Positions 1 through 9,690 of a DNA stretch of 64,000 bases are shown here, one piece after another (positions within the stretch are counted from its first letter, which is position 1; each line of letters opens with the position of its first letter). The position numbers and the translations under genes are program-made. The notes beneath the pieces were generated by a model, which was not told where the DNA came from, did not search any database, and was given only the letters and a program-made list of their open reading frames with translations. The stretch covers positions 192,009 through 256,008 of the forward strand of contig JABFGB010000005.1 of NCBI GenBank assembly GCA_013112715.1, in the 5' to 3' direction. The stretch is from Chloroflexota bacterium. Lineage in GTDB: Bacteria > Chloroflexota > Anaerolineae > Aggregatilineales > J027.

Positions 1-1751
1 ATAATCAAGCCAGCCCCCTTCGCTGGATCATCTCTCATATTTGGCGTTACAAGGCCTTGTTCCTCTCCACTCCATTTTTCTATATTTTCAGCCATCTGAT
101 GTATGCTGGTGCGCCTGTTCTGGTTGGTCGTGCTGCCGACATTTTGATAGATGGTGGAACCCAAAAAGCACTTTTATGGGCATCGCTCGGTATTTTGGCG
201 ATGCTGGTTGCCGATGGCATTTCCAATCTCACTGGCGCACTCTGTATGGAGAATCTTGCCCAAAAAGTTGAACGGGATGCACGTGAAGAGCTTTACACCA
301 GCCTACTTGGTAAAAGCCAAGTATTTCATGACCGCCAGCGTGTCGGCGACATTATGGCCCGCACCACCGATGATGTGCGCCAATTGAATGTGATGATTAG
401 CCCCGGCATCTTTTTTATCTACGAAACGGTGATGGGATTTGTGATTCCGATCACGTTTATGGTTGGCATCAAATGGCAGTTGCTGCTTGTGCCCGCCATA
501 TTTGTCGTCACCTATGTGTTATCGGTACGTGAATATGTAGGACGGCTCAATCCGGTCATTTCACGCCAGCATGATGAATTCGGCACGATGAATGCCGGGC
601 TGGAAGAAAGTATTTCCGGTATTGTTACGGTCAAAGCCAGCACGCAAGAAGCCTTTGAGCGCGGTAAGTTTCGGGCTAATGCGCACAAATTTCGCAATTC
701 GTATGTACAGCAAGGGCGTATTGAAGCGGGGTATCTCCCCATGTTGCTCTATGGCGTTGCGATGGGGTTGACCTTCCTCCATGCGCTGATTTTGTATCGG
801 CAGGGCAGTCTTGAAATTGGCAGCATTATCGCGGTGATGGGCCTAATGAATGTCCTACGCTGGCCCACCTTTGTCTCGCTCTTCTCGCTCTCGCTGCTGC
901 AAAATGGTCTGGCAAGTGGACGGCGTATTCTTGAAATCATCAAAGCCGAGACCGACCTTGATGAAAACGCAGGCGGACATACGAGCGAAGTGCAAGGCAC
1001 AATTGTGTTTGAAGATGTCAACTTCGCCTTTGGGGATAACACTGTCCTCCAAAATATCTCGTTCAGTATTCAACCGGGTGAGACGGTGGCGATTGTGGGC
1101 CAGACCGGGGGTGGTAAAACAACCCTGACCCAATTGGTTAACCGCACCTATGATGTCACGAACGGACGTATTCTGATTGACGGGGTGGATGTGCGCGATT
1201 GGAATTTGACGGCCTTGCGCTCCCAAATCTCCAAAATTGAGCAGGATGTGTTCCTGTTTTCACGCACCATTGCGGAGAACATCGCGTTTGGCAATCCTGA
1301 AGCCACGCAGGAACAGATTGAGCAGGCGGCCCGTGAAGCCCAAGCTCATGATTTCATCATGTCGTTCACCGAAGGGTATCAAACCAAAGTGGGTGAACGT
1401 GGGGTCACTTTATCAGGTGGTCAGCGTCAGCGCATCGCTTTAGCACGGGCTTTTCTGAGCAACCCACGTATTTTGATCTTGGACGATTCGACCAGCGCGA
1501 TTGACAGCGCCACCGAAGACGAAATCCAAAAAGCTATCCGCCGTGCCCAAGAAGGCCGCACCACCCTCCTGATTACACACCGCCTATCACAGATTCGTTG
1601 GGCCAACCACATTTTGGTGCTGGATAAAGGTCAATTAGTTGCCAGCGGATCCCATGAGGAACTGCTGCGTACCTCCATCCATTATCGTCGTATTTTTGCG
1701 CGTTACGACATGGCATTGCCACCGCTGGAAAATCTGGCACAGGCTGTTTAA
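1..1751 (+). CDS. ABC exporter, fused permease/ATPase subunit (5' partial at window edge)
   Basis: The frame of the 57..1751 ORF stays open back to nt 3 (NQASPLRWIISHIWRYKAL...), so the listed TTG start is probably internal. N-terminal half is hydrophobic. Walker A GQTGGGKTT, signature LSGGQRQR, Walker B ILILDD. Confidence 0.9.
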   Translation, partial: NQASPLRWIISHIWRYKALFLSTPFFYIFSHLMYAGAPVLVGRAADILIDGGTQKALLWASLGILAMLVADGISNLTGALCMENLAQKVERDAREELYTSLLGKSQVFHDRQRVGDIMARTTDDVRQLNVMISPGIFFIYETVMGFVIPITFMVGIKWQLLLVPAIFVVTYVLSVREYVGRLNPVISRQHDEFGTMNAGLEESISGIVTVKASTQEAFERGKFRANAHKFRNSYVQQGRIEAGYLPMLLYGVAMGLTFLHALILYRQGSLEIGSIIAVMGLMNVLRWPTFVSLFSLSLLQNGLASGRRILEIIKAETDLDENAGGHTSEVQGTIVFEDVNFAFGDNTVLQNISFSIQPGETVAIVGQTGGGKTTLTQLVNRTYDVTNGRILIDGVDVRDWNLTALRSQISKIEQDVFLFSRTIAENIAFGNPEATQEQIEQAAREAQAHDFIMSFTEGYQTKVGERGVTLSGGQRQRIALARAFLSNPRILILDDSTSAIDSATEDEIQKAIRRAQEGRTTLLITHRLSQIRWANHILVLDKGQLVASGSHEELLRTSIHYRRIFARYDMALPPLENLAQAV

Positions 1752-1766
1752 GGGAGAGAGTGAAAT

Positions 1767-3605
1767 ATGGGCTTTATTCTGGATGGGCTGGAAGCCGAAG
1801 AATATGACCGCAGTTATAATGACCGCCAGTTGGTCAAACGTATTGCGGCCTATTTTCGTCCCGAACGCTGGCGCATGGTGGGTGTTTCGGTAGTCATTCT
1901 GCTGTCATCTGTTTTTTCGACGCTACTGCCGATTTACATTTCGCGGGTCATTGATGATTTAAACCGCGACATCAGCGATGCTAATTTGACCACGATCACC
2001 ATCATTGTGACAGCATTGGGTATCCTTGCGTGGGCATTTAACGCCATCCGCCAATGGTATTCATCCGAGGCGGTAGGGAATGTCGTGCTGCGGCTGCGCG
2101 AAGATGCTTTTGATGCAATATTGGCCCGTGACCTCTCGTTTTACGATACCTACCCCTCCGGCAAAATCGTCAGCCGTGTCACTTCGGATTCGCAAGCCTT
2201 CGCTGATGTGGTGATGCTGGTGATGAACCTACTCAGCCAGCTTTTGTTAATTGTGCTGCTGATTGGGTATCTGTTTCTTGTCAGTGTCGAGATGACCCTC
2301 ATTACCCTCGCGCTAGCCCCGCTGATTATCGGCACGGCGCTGGCCTTTCGTAAGGTGGCCCGAGATACCGTCACCCAATCACGGCGTATTTTGGCCGAGG
2401 TTAGCACCCACGTTCAAGAAACGGTCAGCGGCATCGGGGTCGCCAAAACCTTCCGCCAAGAGAATGCCATCTATGACGAATTTCAGGATGTCAACAAGCA
2501 GTCCTATCGCATCAATTTGCGGCGCGGGTACGTCTTTAATGGAATCTTCCCGATTTTGAACATCTTGGCAGGCATTGGCACGGCGGCACTGGTCTATTTT
2601 GGTGGCTTGAATGTGCGCGACGGCTCATTAAGTGCCGGGGACTGGTATCTGTTCATTCAAGGGCTGGCGCTGTTCTGGTTCCCCCTGACCGGGATTGCGT
2701 CATTTTGGAGTCAATTCCAGTTGGGCCTCGCAGCAGGTGAGCGCGTCTTTGCGCTGTTGGACGCAGAATCTAAAGTTGTGCAGACGGGCACTACCAAGCT
2801 CGATACCATGCGCGGCGAAATCCGCTTTGAAGGTCTCTATTTTGGCTACAAGGAATCTGAAGAACAGGTCTTGGAAGATTTTTGGTTGACCATCCGCCCC
2901 GGTGAGACGTTGGCACTGGTGGGGCATACAGGGTCGGGCAAGACCAGCATCACTAAATTGATTGCCCGTTTCTATGAATTTCAGCAGGGCAAAATTTTAA
3001 TAGACGGGCACGACATCCGTAGCCTCGATTTGGATACGTTCCGCGCTCATCTAGGTATCGTCACCCAAACGCCGTTTTTGTTCGACGGCACCGTGATGGA
3101 AAATATCCGGTATGGAAAATCAGATGCCAGCGATGCCGAGGTAGAAACAGTGGCGCGACAGGTCGGCGGGGGGGACTGGATTGATAGCCTGCCCGAAGGA
3201 TTGCAAAGTCCGGCGGGTGAACGGGGTAACAATCTTTCGATGGGTCAGCGACAGTTGGTTGTTTTGGCCCGAGTGCTGCTGCAAAACCCCTCTATCTTGA
3301 TTTTGGATGAAGCCACCGCCAGCATTGACCCCCTAACCGAGACCTTGATTCAAGAGGGCTTGGAGGAGGTATTGAAAGATCGCACTTCGATTGTGGTGGC
3401 CCATCGGCTTTCGACCATCAAGAACGCAGATCGTATTATTGTGCTGCGCGAGGGGGAGATTATCGAAGAGGGCAATCATGAGGCGCTGTTGAAAAAAGGT
3501 GGGCATTATGCCGAGTTGTATAACACCTATTTCCGCCACCAGAGCCTTGAATATATGAACATCCACCCCGAAGACTGGTTCAAGTCGGCGCGGGCAACAG
3601 CGTAG
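1767..3605 (+). CDS. ABC exporter, fused permease/ATPase subunit (partner of upstream gene)
   Basis: Six-TM-type N-terminal half. Walker A GHTGSGKTS, signature LSMGQRQL, Walker B ILILDEATA. Lies 15 nt after the previous stop, preceded by gggagag RBS. Confidence 0.9.
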   Translation: MGFILDGLEAEEYDRSYNDRQLVKRIAAYFRPERWRMVGVSVVILLSSVFSTLLPIYISRVIDDLNRDISDANLTTITIIVTALGILAWAFNAIRQWYSSEAVGNVVLRLREDAFDAILARDLSFYDTYPSGKIVSRVTSDSQAFADVVMLVMNLLSQLLLIVLLIGYLFLVSVEMTLITLALAPLIIGTALAFRKVARDTVTQSRRILAEVSTHVQETVSGIGVAKTFRQENAIYDEFQDVNKQSYRINLRRGYVFNGIFPILNILAGIGTAALVYFGGLNVRDGSLSAGDWYLFIQGLALFWFPLTGIASFWSQFQLGLAAGERVFALLDAESKVVQTGTTKLDTMRGEIRFEGLYFGYKESEEQVLEDFWLTIRPGETLALVGHTGSGKTSITKLIARFYEFQQGKILIDGHDIRSLDLDTFRAHLGIVTQTPFLFDGTVMENIRYGKSDASDAEVETVARQVGGGDWIDSLPEGLQSPAGERGNNLSMGQRQLVVLARVLLQNPSILILDEATASIDPLTETLIQEGLEEVLKDRTSIVVAHRLSTIKNADRIIVLREGEIIEEGNHEALLKKGGHYAELYNTYFRHQSLEYMNIHPEDWFKSARATA

Positions 3606-3618
3606 AAGCGTTCCATTG

Positions 3619-3650
3619 AGGAGGTGGCTTTTGTCGAGTTTCACCTCCTC
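3619..3650 (+). terminator. Hairpin after the ABC pair (possible terminator)
   Basis: Perfect 9-bp inverted repeat gaggaggtg (3619-3627) / cacctcctc (3642-3650) with a 14-nt loop. The downstream tract is AT-rich but has no clean T-run. Confidence 0.35.
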
Positions 3651-3681
3651 GTGCAAATAATTATTGGAAAGAATACGGATC

Positions 3682-4200
3682 ATGGTCGATAGAATTATTC
3701 AAAATGACGCTCAATTTATGGAATTTGTTCTTGAGTTGTCACACAACACCGATTACAACAAATCTCTTGAGTTATACTTATCTGCCTTGTGGAAACTGCT
3801 GGATGAAAAGCGAAATTCACCCCCTACATGGGAATTATTTGCGACCTTGATAGAAAAGGCATACATTGAAGAAGCGCCGCCTTTTGATCCAGCGTGGCTT
3901 GATTTCAGTGTATCGCCTGATAGTGACCGAATATTTAAAGAGACTGATTTCGCAATAGTCCAAGACTTAATTCTATTTCAAATTGCTGATTTACATCGGA
4001 TGTCCGAGGCTGGAACTCTTTCAATTCCCGTAATGTTTCTATATACAGGCGTTGAATCACCTAGTAAAAGTTACTGGTACAACTTCCACCCTCGAAGTTT
4101 TTGGTCGTGTGCCTTTGGTGAACGAAGGTCAACAGGTCAAACGACTTGCAATTGGGGAAATTTCGCCGTACTTCTCAAATTTGGGCAAGAATACGAATAG
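3682..4200 (+). CDS. Hypothetical protein, paralog A of the ARH-flanking pair
   Basis: ORF 3664..4200 (TTG); ATG at 3682 preferred. Shares ILFQIAD.HRM, WYNFHP, TC.WG.F and a terminal GQ.YE-stop with ORF 5244..5756. AT-rich; one 60-nt line counted at 33% GC. Confidence 0.6.
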   Translation: MVDRIIQNDAQFMEFVLELSHNTDYNKSLELYLSALWKLLDEKRNSPPTWELFATLIEKAYIEEAPPFDPAWLDFSVSPDSDRIFKETDFAIVQDLILFQIADLHRMSEAGTLSIPVMFLYTGVESPSKSYWYNFHPRSFWSCAFGERRSTGQTTCNWGNFAVLLKFGQEYE

Positions 4201-4228
4201 TTCTGATTGAGGCACGTTAAGTATATAT

Positions 4229-5251
4229 ATGGATCAGCAATACATTTCTGGTTGTCTCATCGGCATGGCGCTCGGGGATGCTCTCGGCGCAGAAACCGAA
4301 TTTTTGAATATCAAAGGTATCCTCGAAAAATTCCCACCGTATGGCCCACAAGCCCCCGAGGGCAATCCGGCCCTTGTTACTGATGATACCCAAATGGCAA
4401 TCGCGGTTGGAGAGGCAATAATAGCCGCACCCAAGCCGCTTGAACTCAACAGCCTCGCCCTAGAATTTCGCCGCACTTTTTTGGCATGGTATAACGACCC
4501 TGAAAATAATCGCGCCCCAGGCAACACCTGTCTAACTGCCTGCGAGGAAATGTTTAGGGGCAAATCGTGGCTAGAGGCATCACAAATTAGCTCAAAGGGC
4601 TGTGGTGCAAATATGCGGGTCATGCCGGTTGGGGTATTGGATGTGGATACCATCACCCGTGCAGGCATTGCCCAATTACAGGCCGCCATGACACACGGAC
4701 ACCCCACCGGACTGGCTGCCGCTGATTTGACCGCCTTCGTAATTGCGGATTTGGGCAATGGCGGCACACCAAATGATTTACCCAAACGGGTGCGTGACTA
4801 TGCCCTCTCCCAACGCGAAGTCTATCATACCGATTGGCTGGGCGAATTGTGGTACAAAGCGTTTATGCTGCCAACACCGCAGGCCTATATTGCACATGGG
4901 TGGGATGAATGTCTGGGTGTCTTAGATCGGCTAGATATGGCCCTCGAAAAAATGGATCGGGAAACTGATCCCTGCCTAGCAACCGGGGCGGGTTGGGTGG
5001 CAGAACAAGCCTTTGCAACGGCCTTATTCTGTTTTTTGATGTATCCCGACGACCCGATTGCCGTAATTCGCCGAGCCGTCGTCACGAGTGGTGATTCGGA
5101 TTCCATCGCTTGTATCGCTGGGGCGTTCGCTGGAGCTTATCAAGGTATTGATTCGTGGCCCACCGATTGGGTAGAGCGGATTGAGTATCGGGATCGGATT
5201 TTGAATATAGCTAAGGCGCTTTTGAATTCAAGGGAGGAATCAAATGGATGA
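4229..5251 (+). CDS. ADP-ribosylglycohydrolase family protein (DraG/ARH-like)
   Basis: ARH metal-site motifs GMALGDALGAE, VTDDTQMA and TSGDSDSIACIAGAFAGAYQG. Confidence 0.85.
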   Translation: MDQQYISGCLIGMALGDALGAETEFLNIKGILEKFPPYGPQAPEGNPALVTDDTQMAIAVGEAIIAAPKPLELNSLALEFRRTFLAWYNDPENNRAPGNTCLTACEEMFRGKSWLEASQISSKGCGANMRVMPVGVLDVDTITRAGIAQLQAAMTHGHPTGLAAADLTAFVIADLGNGGTPNDLPKRVRDYALSQREVYHTDWLGELWYKAFMLPTPQAYIAHGWDECLGVLDRLDMALEKMDRETDPCLATGAGWVAEQAFATALFCFLMYPDDPIAVIRRAVVTSGDSDSIACIAGAFAGAYQGIDSWPTDWVERIEYRDRILNIAKALLNSREESNG

Positions 5252-5756
5252 CATACAACTTGAAACGAGCAAACAGTTTCTCGAATATATAAATGCGTTA
5301 AACGAGGAAATAGAAGCAAAAGGCTCTAGTCCACGTTTAGACGCTTATTTGTCATCGCTATATGCCTTAATTCAACCCTATAGAGAGTCTAAGCCAGTGT
5401 GGAATCTTTTTGCCCAATTACTTTCTAGGGCTTTTTCACATGAATCCCTTCCTTTCAACCCAGATTGGCTCCAATATACGACGTATCCTGAACCTACTCT
5501 GCCTGAATTTGAGCAGGTAGAAAAAATGATTCTTTTCCAAATCGCTGATTTCCACAGAATGGGCGAATCTGGCCTTTTGGATCTGTCTCCGGGCAGGTTA
5601 TGGATGGGCGTGAATTCTCCTACAGGTCACCGATGGTACAACTTTCACCCCACAAGCTATTTAGAATGTGCAGCTAGAGGCTCTTCGCAGATGGAGACAA
5701 CTTGTACTTGGGGCTTCTTTCAGCACTTTCTTCTCATGGGGCAAGTTTACGAGTAG
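5244..5756 (+). CDS. Hypothetical protein, paralog B of the ARH-flanking pair
   Basis: ATG overlaps the ARH stop (aATGGATGA, 8-nt overlap). Collinear similarity to 3682..4200 over the whole length. One line counted at 37% GC. Confidence 0.6.
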   Translation: MDDIQLETSKQFLEYINALNEEIEAKGSSPRLDAYLSSLYALIQPYRESKPVWNLFAQLLSRAFSHESLPFNPDWLQYTTYPEPTLPEFEQVEKMILFQIADFHRMGESGLLDLSPGRLWMGVNSPTGHRWYNFHPTSYLECAARGSSQMETTCTWGFFQHFLLMGQVYE

Positions 5757-5847
5757 GACAGTAACTCAAAGCCTTGCCTCGAAAAGTCAATAAGACGTGC
5801 TATCATATCCATCCATTGAAAATGTAGAGGAACTTGAGCAGAGGCTT

Positions 5848-6315
5848 ATGATTCGCGTACTTTTCGTTTGTTTAGGAAATATCTGCCGCTCACCGATGGC
5901 GGAGGGCGTCTTTCAGCACATGGTCAATGAGGCCGGGTTGGGTGAAAAAATCCTGATAGATTCCGCCGGAACCGCCAGTTATCACGAAGGTGAACAGGCG
6001 CATAGTGGCACACGGCGCGTTTTACAGGAACACGGCATTGACTATCGGGGGCGGGCGCGTACACTTACCCGCAATGATTTTTACAATTTTGATTACATTC
6101 TGGCGATGGACGCCGATAACCTCGCGGATATACACAGCCGACAGCCTGCCGACAGCAAAGCACACATTCGGCTGTTTTTGGACTACGCACCCGATCAACC
6201 CGTCCGCGAAGTCCCTGACCCCTACTATAATGGGCGGTTTCAGGAAGTGTATGATTTAGTATCGGCGGCCTCTAAAGGATTATTGGCGGAAATACGCAAG
6301 ACGCACGAGCTATAA
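5848..6315 (+). CDS. Low-molecular-weight protein tyrosine phosphatase
   Basis: P-loop VLFVCLGNICRSPMAEG (CX5R-S) and DP motif VPDPYY. ATG at 5848 (MIRVLFVC) is preferred over the upstream GTG at 5797. Confidence 0.85.
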   Translation: MIRVLFVCLGNICRSPMAEGVFQHMVNEAGLGEKILIDSAGTASYHEGEQAHSGTRRVLQEHGIDYRGRARTLTRNDFYNFDYILAMDADNLADIHSRQPADSKAHIRLFLDYAPDQPVREVPDPYYNGRFQEVYDLVSAASKGLLAEIRKTHEL

Positions 6316-6327
6316 GGAACTGCCCCA

Positions 6328-7200
6328 ATGCGCCTGCCTGTGGGAATTGAAAACGCCTTGCGCGATAAATTCAAAATCGTGCCTAAAGACGTGCAGCCTT
6401 GTGTTGGTGGCGACATTAACCAAGCTGCACAAATTGCCACAGGTGATGGCCTGCTATTCATCAAATGGAATGAAAATGCGCTGTCGGGGATGTTTACCGC
6501 CGAATCAAAGGGATTAAAAATCCTGCGGGATTCCAAAACCCTGCGTGTACCAGAAGTCATCGCGGTGCAGGAGGCCGAGGGCGACACCCCCGCTTTTTTG
6601 GTTTTAGAATGGCTGGAGTCGGGTCAAGCGAATTTGCAGACGCCCGAGCAATTAGGTCAAGGACTCGCCGCGCTGCATCGCCAAACCGCCCCCAAGCATG
6701 GCCTTGACCATGATAATTTTATTGGGTCGCTACTCCAATCGAATACGCAGCATGATTCGTGGGTAACATTTTATGCCGAACAGCGCATCCGCCCCCAAAT
6801 GGAAATCGCTCGTCAAAAAGGGACACTGCGTCCGGGGCGTGAACGCATGTTGGAAGTTTTTTTGGCCCATCTGCCAAAATTGATTCAAGACGCCCCTGCC
6901 AGTTTGCTGCACGGCGATTTGTGGGGCGGCAATGTCATGATTCTCGCCAATCAGCAGCCCGCTGTAATTGACCCCGCCGTGTATTATGGCAACCGCGAAG
7001 TTGAGCTTGCCTTTACTGAATTATTCGGCGGGTTTGCCAAACGCTTCTATGACGCCTATCACGCTGCCTATCCACTTGAACCGGGCTACCCCAGCCGCCG
7101 CGCCCTCTATCAACTGTATCCGTTGATGGTGCATATGAATCTGTTCGGTGGGGGTTATGCCAGTCGTGTTGATTCTATCCTCAGCCAGTATGTAGGGTAA
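6328..7200 (+). CDS. Fructosamine/ketosamine kinase family protein
   Basis: Kinase-fold motif LLHGDLWGGNVM and DPAVYYGNREVELA. Length 290 aa. Adjacency to an LMW-PTP gene is common. Confidence 0.8.
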   Translation: MRLPVGIENALRDKFKIVPKDVQPCVGGDINQAAQIATGDGLLFIKWNENALSGMFTAESKGLKILRDSKTLRVPEVIAVQEAEGDTPAFLVLEWLESGQANLQTPEQLGQGLAALHRQTAPKHGLDHDNFIGSLLQSNTQHDSWVTFYAEQRIRPQMEIARQKGTLRPGRERMLEVFLAHLPKLIQDAPASLLHGDLWGGNVMILANQQPAVIDPAVYYGNREVELAFTELFGGFAKRFYDAYHAAYPLEPGYPSRRALYQLYPLMVHMNLFGGGYASRVDSILSQYVG

Positions 7201-7201
7201 T

Positions 7202-8155
7202 ATGCCAGATCAGCCCACCTGTTCCGTTGTCGTTCCCGTTTATAACAGCGAAGCCACCCTTACCCCATTAATCGAACGTCTCGCCGCTATCCTGCCCACC
7301 ATCGCCCGTCAATTCGAGGTGATTTTGGTCAATGATGGCAGCCGCGATAAAAGCTGGGAAGTAGTAACTCAACTGACCGAAGCCTATTCATGGGTGCATG
7401 GCATCAATTTTATGCGGAATTATGGACAGCATAATGCGTTGTTAGCAGGCATTCGTGCCGCCAGCCATGCCATTATCATCACGATAGATGATGATTTGCA
7501 GCACCCTCCCGAAGAAATTCCGAAATTATTGGCGAAATTGGCCGAGGGCTATGATGTGGTGTATGGCACTCCCGTCCAGCGGCGCGACAAACTATGGCGT
7601 GATCTGGCCTCGCGGATAACACGGCTGGCCCTTGCTACCTCAATGGGCTTTGAGACGGCTCGCCACGCCAGCGCGTTTCGGGCATTCAGGACAGAACTGC
7701 GCATGGCTTTTGCCGATTATCGCAGCCCGGATATGATTCTAGATGTGCTGCTGACATGGGGTACCACCCGCTTTGGGTCGGTCATCGTAGAACATCAGCC
7801 CCGACAGGTGGGAAAATCGAATTACACCCTGCTCAAGCTGCTCAACCACACCCTCAATATGATGACAGGCTTTAGCACATTGCCCCTCCGCATTGCCAGT
7901 TTGACTGGATTTGTGTTCACGATCTTCGGGTTTCTTTTGCTGTTGATTGTGATTAGCGCCTATGCCATTGAAGGCAGTAGCGTACCCGGCTTTCCCTTTC
8001 TAGCCTCCGTCATCACCATCTTCGCCGGGGTGCAGTTGTTTGGCATTGGCATTATTGGCGAATATTTGGGGCGGATTCATTTTCGCAGTATGCACCGCCC
8101 ATCCAGTGTTATCCGCAATACAATTGGATTTGATTCAGGTGATGGAAAAAAATGA
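7202..8155 (+). CDS. GT2 polyprenyl-phosphate glycosyltransferase (ArnC/GtrB-like)
   Basis: SVVVPVYNSE, INDGSRD-like VNDGSRD, ITIDDDLQHPPEEI. Two C-terminal TM helices. Confidence 0.8.
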   Translation: MPDQPTCSVVVPVYNSEATLTPLIERLAAILPTIARQFEVILVNDGSRDKSWEVVTQLTEAYSWVHGINFMRNYGQHNALLAGIRAASHAIIITIDDDLQHPPEEIPKLLAKLAEGYDVVYGTPVQRRDKLWRDLASRITRLALATSMGFETARHASAFRAFRTELRMAFADYRSPDMILDVLLTWGTTRFGSVIVEHQPRQVGKSNYTLLKLLNHTLNMMTGFSTLPLRIASLTGFVFTIFGFLLLLIVISAYAIEGSSVPGFPFLASVITIFAGVQLFGIGIIGEYLGRIHFRSMHRPSSVIRNTIGFDSGDGKK

Positions 8156-8892
8156 AACAGACAGACGGCGTTGCGCTCTCAGCCATTGATGAGGAGCGTT
8201 TTGGAATTCGTGTTGCACGGGCCAATCTTGTCACTGCCGAAACATGGCCCGTCATTATGGATTTTTGTCGGGCCAATCAAGTTAAAATGTTGATTGCCCG
8301 CTGCTATACCTCGGATATTGCTGTTACCCAAGCGATGGAACGAGCGGGTGGTCTATTGATGGATACACTGGTCGTTTTCTCGCGTGATCTCGTGCGCCAT
8401 AAAATTCCCGACAATCCCAATCAGGACATCATACGGCTGATGCGTCCCGGCGATGAGGAACAAATCCGCGAGGTAGCCGCACGGGCATTTGATGGCTATT
8501 CAGGTCATTATCATGCCGACAGCCGCCTTGATAAGGCCAAATGTGATGAGGCGTATATCTCATGGGCCATGCGTTCGTGTGTCTCTAAAGAGATCGCCGA
8601 CGATGTGTATGTGGCGGCGCACGGGGATAAAATTATCGGCTTCATCACCATGCAGTTAAATACTCCCGAAGAAGGACAGGCGACCATTGGCGGAGTTTTG
8701 CCGGAAGCGCAGGGCAAAGGCTTATACCGCTCATTTTTGATTACCGGAATGGAGTGGTTATTGGCAAAACAAGCCGCGACAATGGTGGTCTCAACACAAA
8801 TTACCAATATCGCCGTCCAAAAAGTCTGGGTTCGGTTGGGTTTTGAACCACGTTATGCGTTCTACACCTTCCACAAATGGTTTGATGACTAG
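8152..8892 (+). CDS. GNAT-family N-acetyltransferase
   Basis: 4-nt overlap with the GT2 gene. Acetyl-CoA loop-like EAQGKGLYRSF in the C-terminal half. Confidence 0.6.
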   Translation: MKQTDGVALSAIDEERFGIRVARANLVTAETWPVIMDFCRANQVKMLIARCYTSDIAVTQAMERAGGLLMDTLVVFSRDLVRHKIPDNPNQDIIRLMRPGDEEQIREVAARAFDGYSGHYHADSRLDKAKCDEAYISWAMRSCVSKEIADDVYVAAHGDKIIGFITMQLNTPEEGQATIGGVLPEAQGKGLYRSFLITGMEWLLAKQAATMVVSTQITNIAVQKVWVRLGFEPRYAFYTFHKWFDD

Positions 8893-8895
8893 CCC

Positions 8896-9684
8896 ATGAC
8901 GACCAGCTACGATGCCCAATTTTTCCCATTGTTATTTAAAGTCGAAGACCGCCATTTTTGGTTTCGCGTCCGGAATCATGTCATCCGCACGCTCGTCCAG
9001 CAGATTGTGGGGCCGCTACCTCATGGCTATCGTGTCTTGGAGATTGGGTGTGGAACGGGCAACGTCCTGCGTCACCTAGAGCAAATCTGTACCAATGGAT
9101 TGGTCATCGGCATGGATTTGTTTGGGGAGGGCTTGCATTATGCCCGTCAGCGTGTCTCCTGTCCGCTGATTCAGGGCGATATGCACAATCCGCCTTTCAG
9201 CGCCCAATTTGACCTCATCGGCCTGTTTGACGTATTAGAACACCTGCCAGACGATGTGCAGGTATTGAATGATCTATTTTCTATGTTGACGACAGGTGGA
9301 AAATTGTTATTGACTGTGCCTGCCCATCCGTCGCTGTGGAGCTATTTTGACGAAGCCGCCCACCACTGTCGGCGCTATCAAAAAAATGACCTCACCGAAA
9401 AATTAACCCAAACGGGGTATAAGATTGAATACATCTCCTACTACATGGCAAGCATTTTCCCTTTGGTTTGGGCAGGTCGAAAAATCGCCGCCTTGACGAA
9501 GCGTGATAAAACCCCTAATGCCCACCAAATGACAGCAAATGAATTGGCGGCCCGTGAACTCAAAATTACACCCGGCCTGAATGGCATTTTGAATACCATT
9601 TTGATGCAGGAAACCCGTCTGATTGCCCAACGCAAGACCTTGCCCATCGGAACTTCTTTACTGGCAATTGCCTATAAACCCTAA
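8896..9684 (+). CDS. Class I SAM-dependent methyltransferase
   Basis: Motif I VLEIGCGTGNVL. Post-I acidic residue and FDVLEHL motif. Confidence 0.8.
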   Translation: MTTSYDAQFFPLLFKVEDRHFWFRVRNHVIRTLVQQIVGPLPHGYRVLEIGCGTGNVLRHLEQICTNGLVIGMDLFGEGLHYARQRVSCPLIQGDMHNPPFSAQFDLIGLFDVLEHLPDDVQVLNDLFSMLTTGGKLLLTVPAHPSLWSYFDEAAHHCRRYQKNDLTEKLTQTGYKIEYISYYMASIFPLVWAGRKIAALTKRDKTPNAHQMTANELAARELKITPGLNGILNTILMQETRLIAQRKTLPIGTSLLAIAYKP

Positions 9685-9690
9685 GCGACT

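Noticed and set aside
4234-4785. 183-aa ORF antisense to the ADP-ribosylglycohydrolase gene
   Set aside because: The sense strand carries all three ARH signature motifs. The antisense product is Ala/Ser/Pro-rich with no recognisable features.
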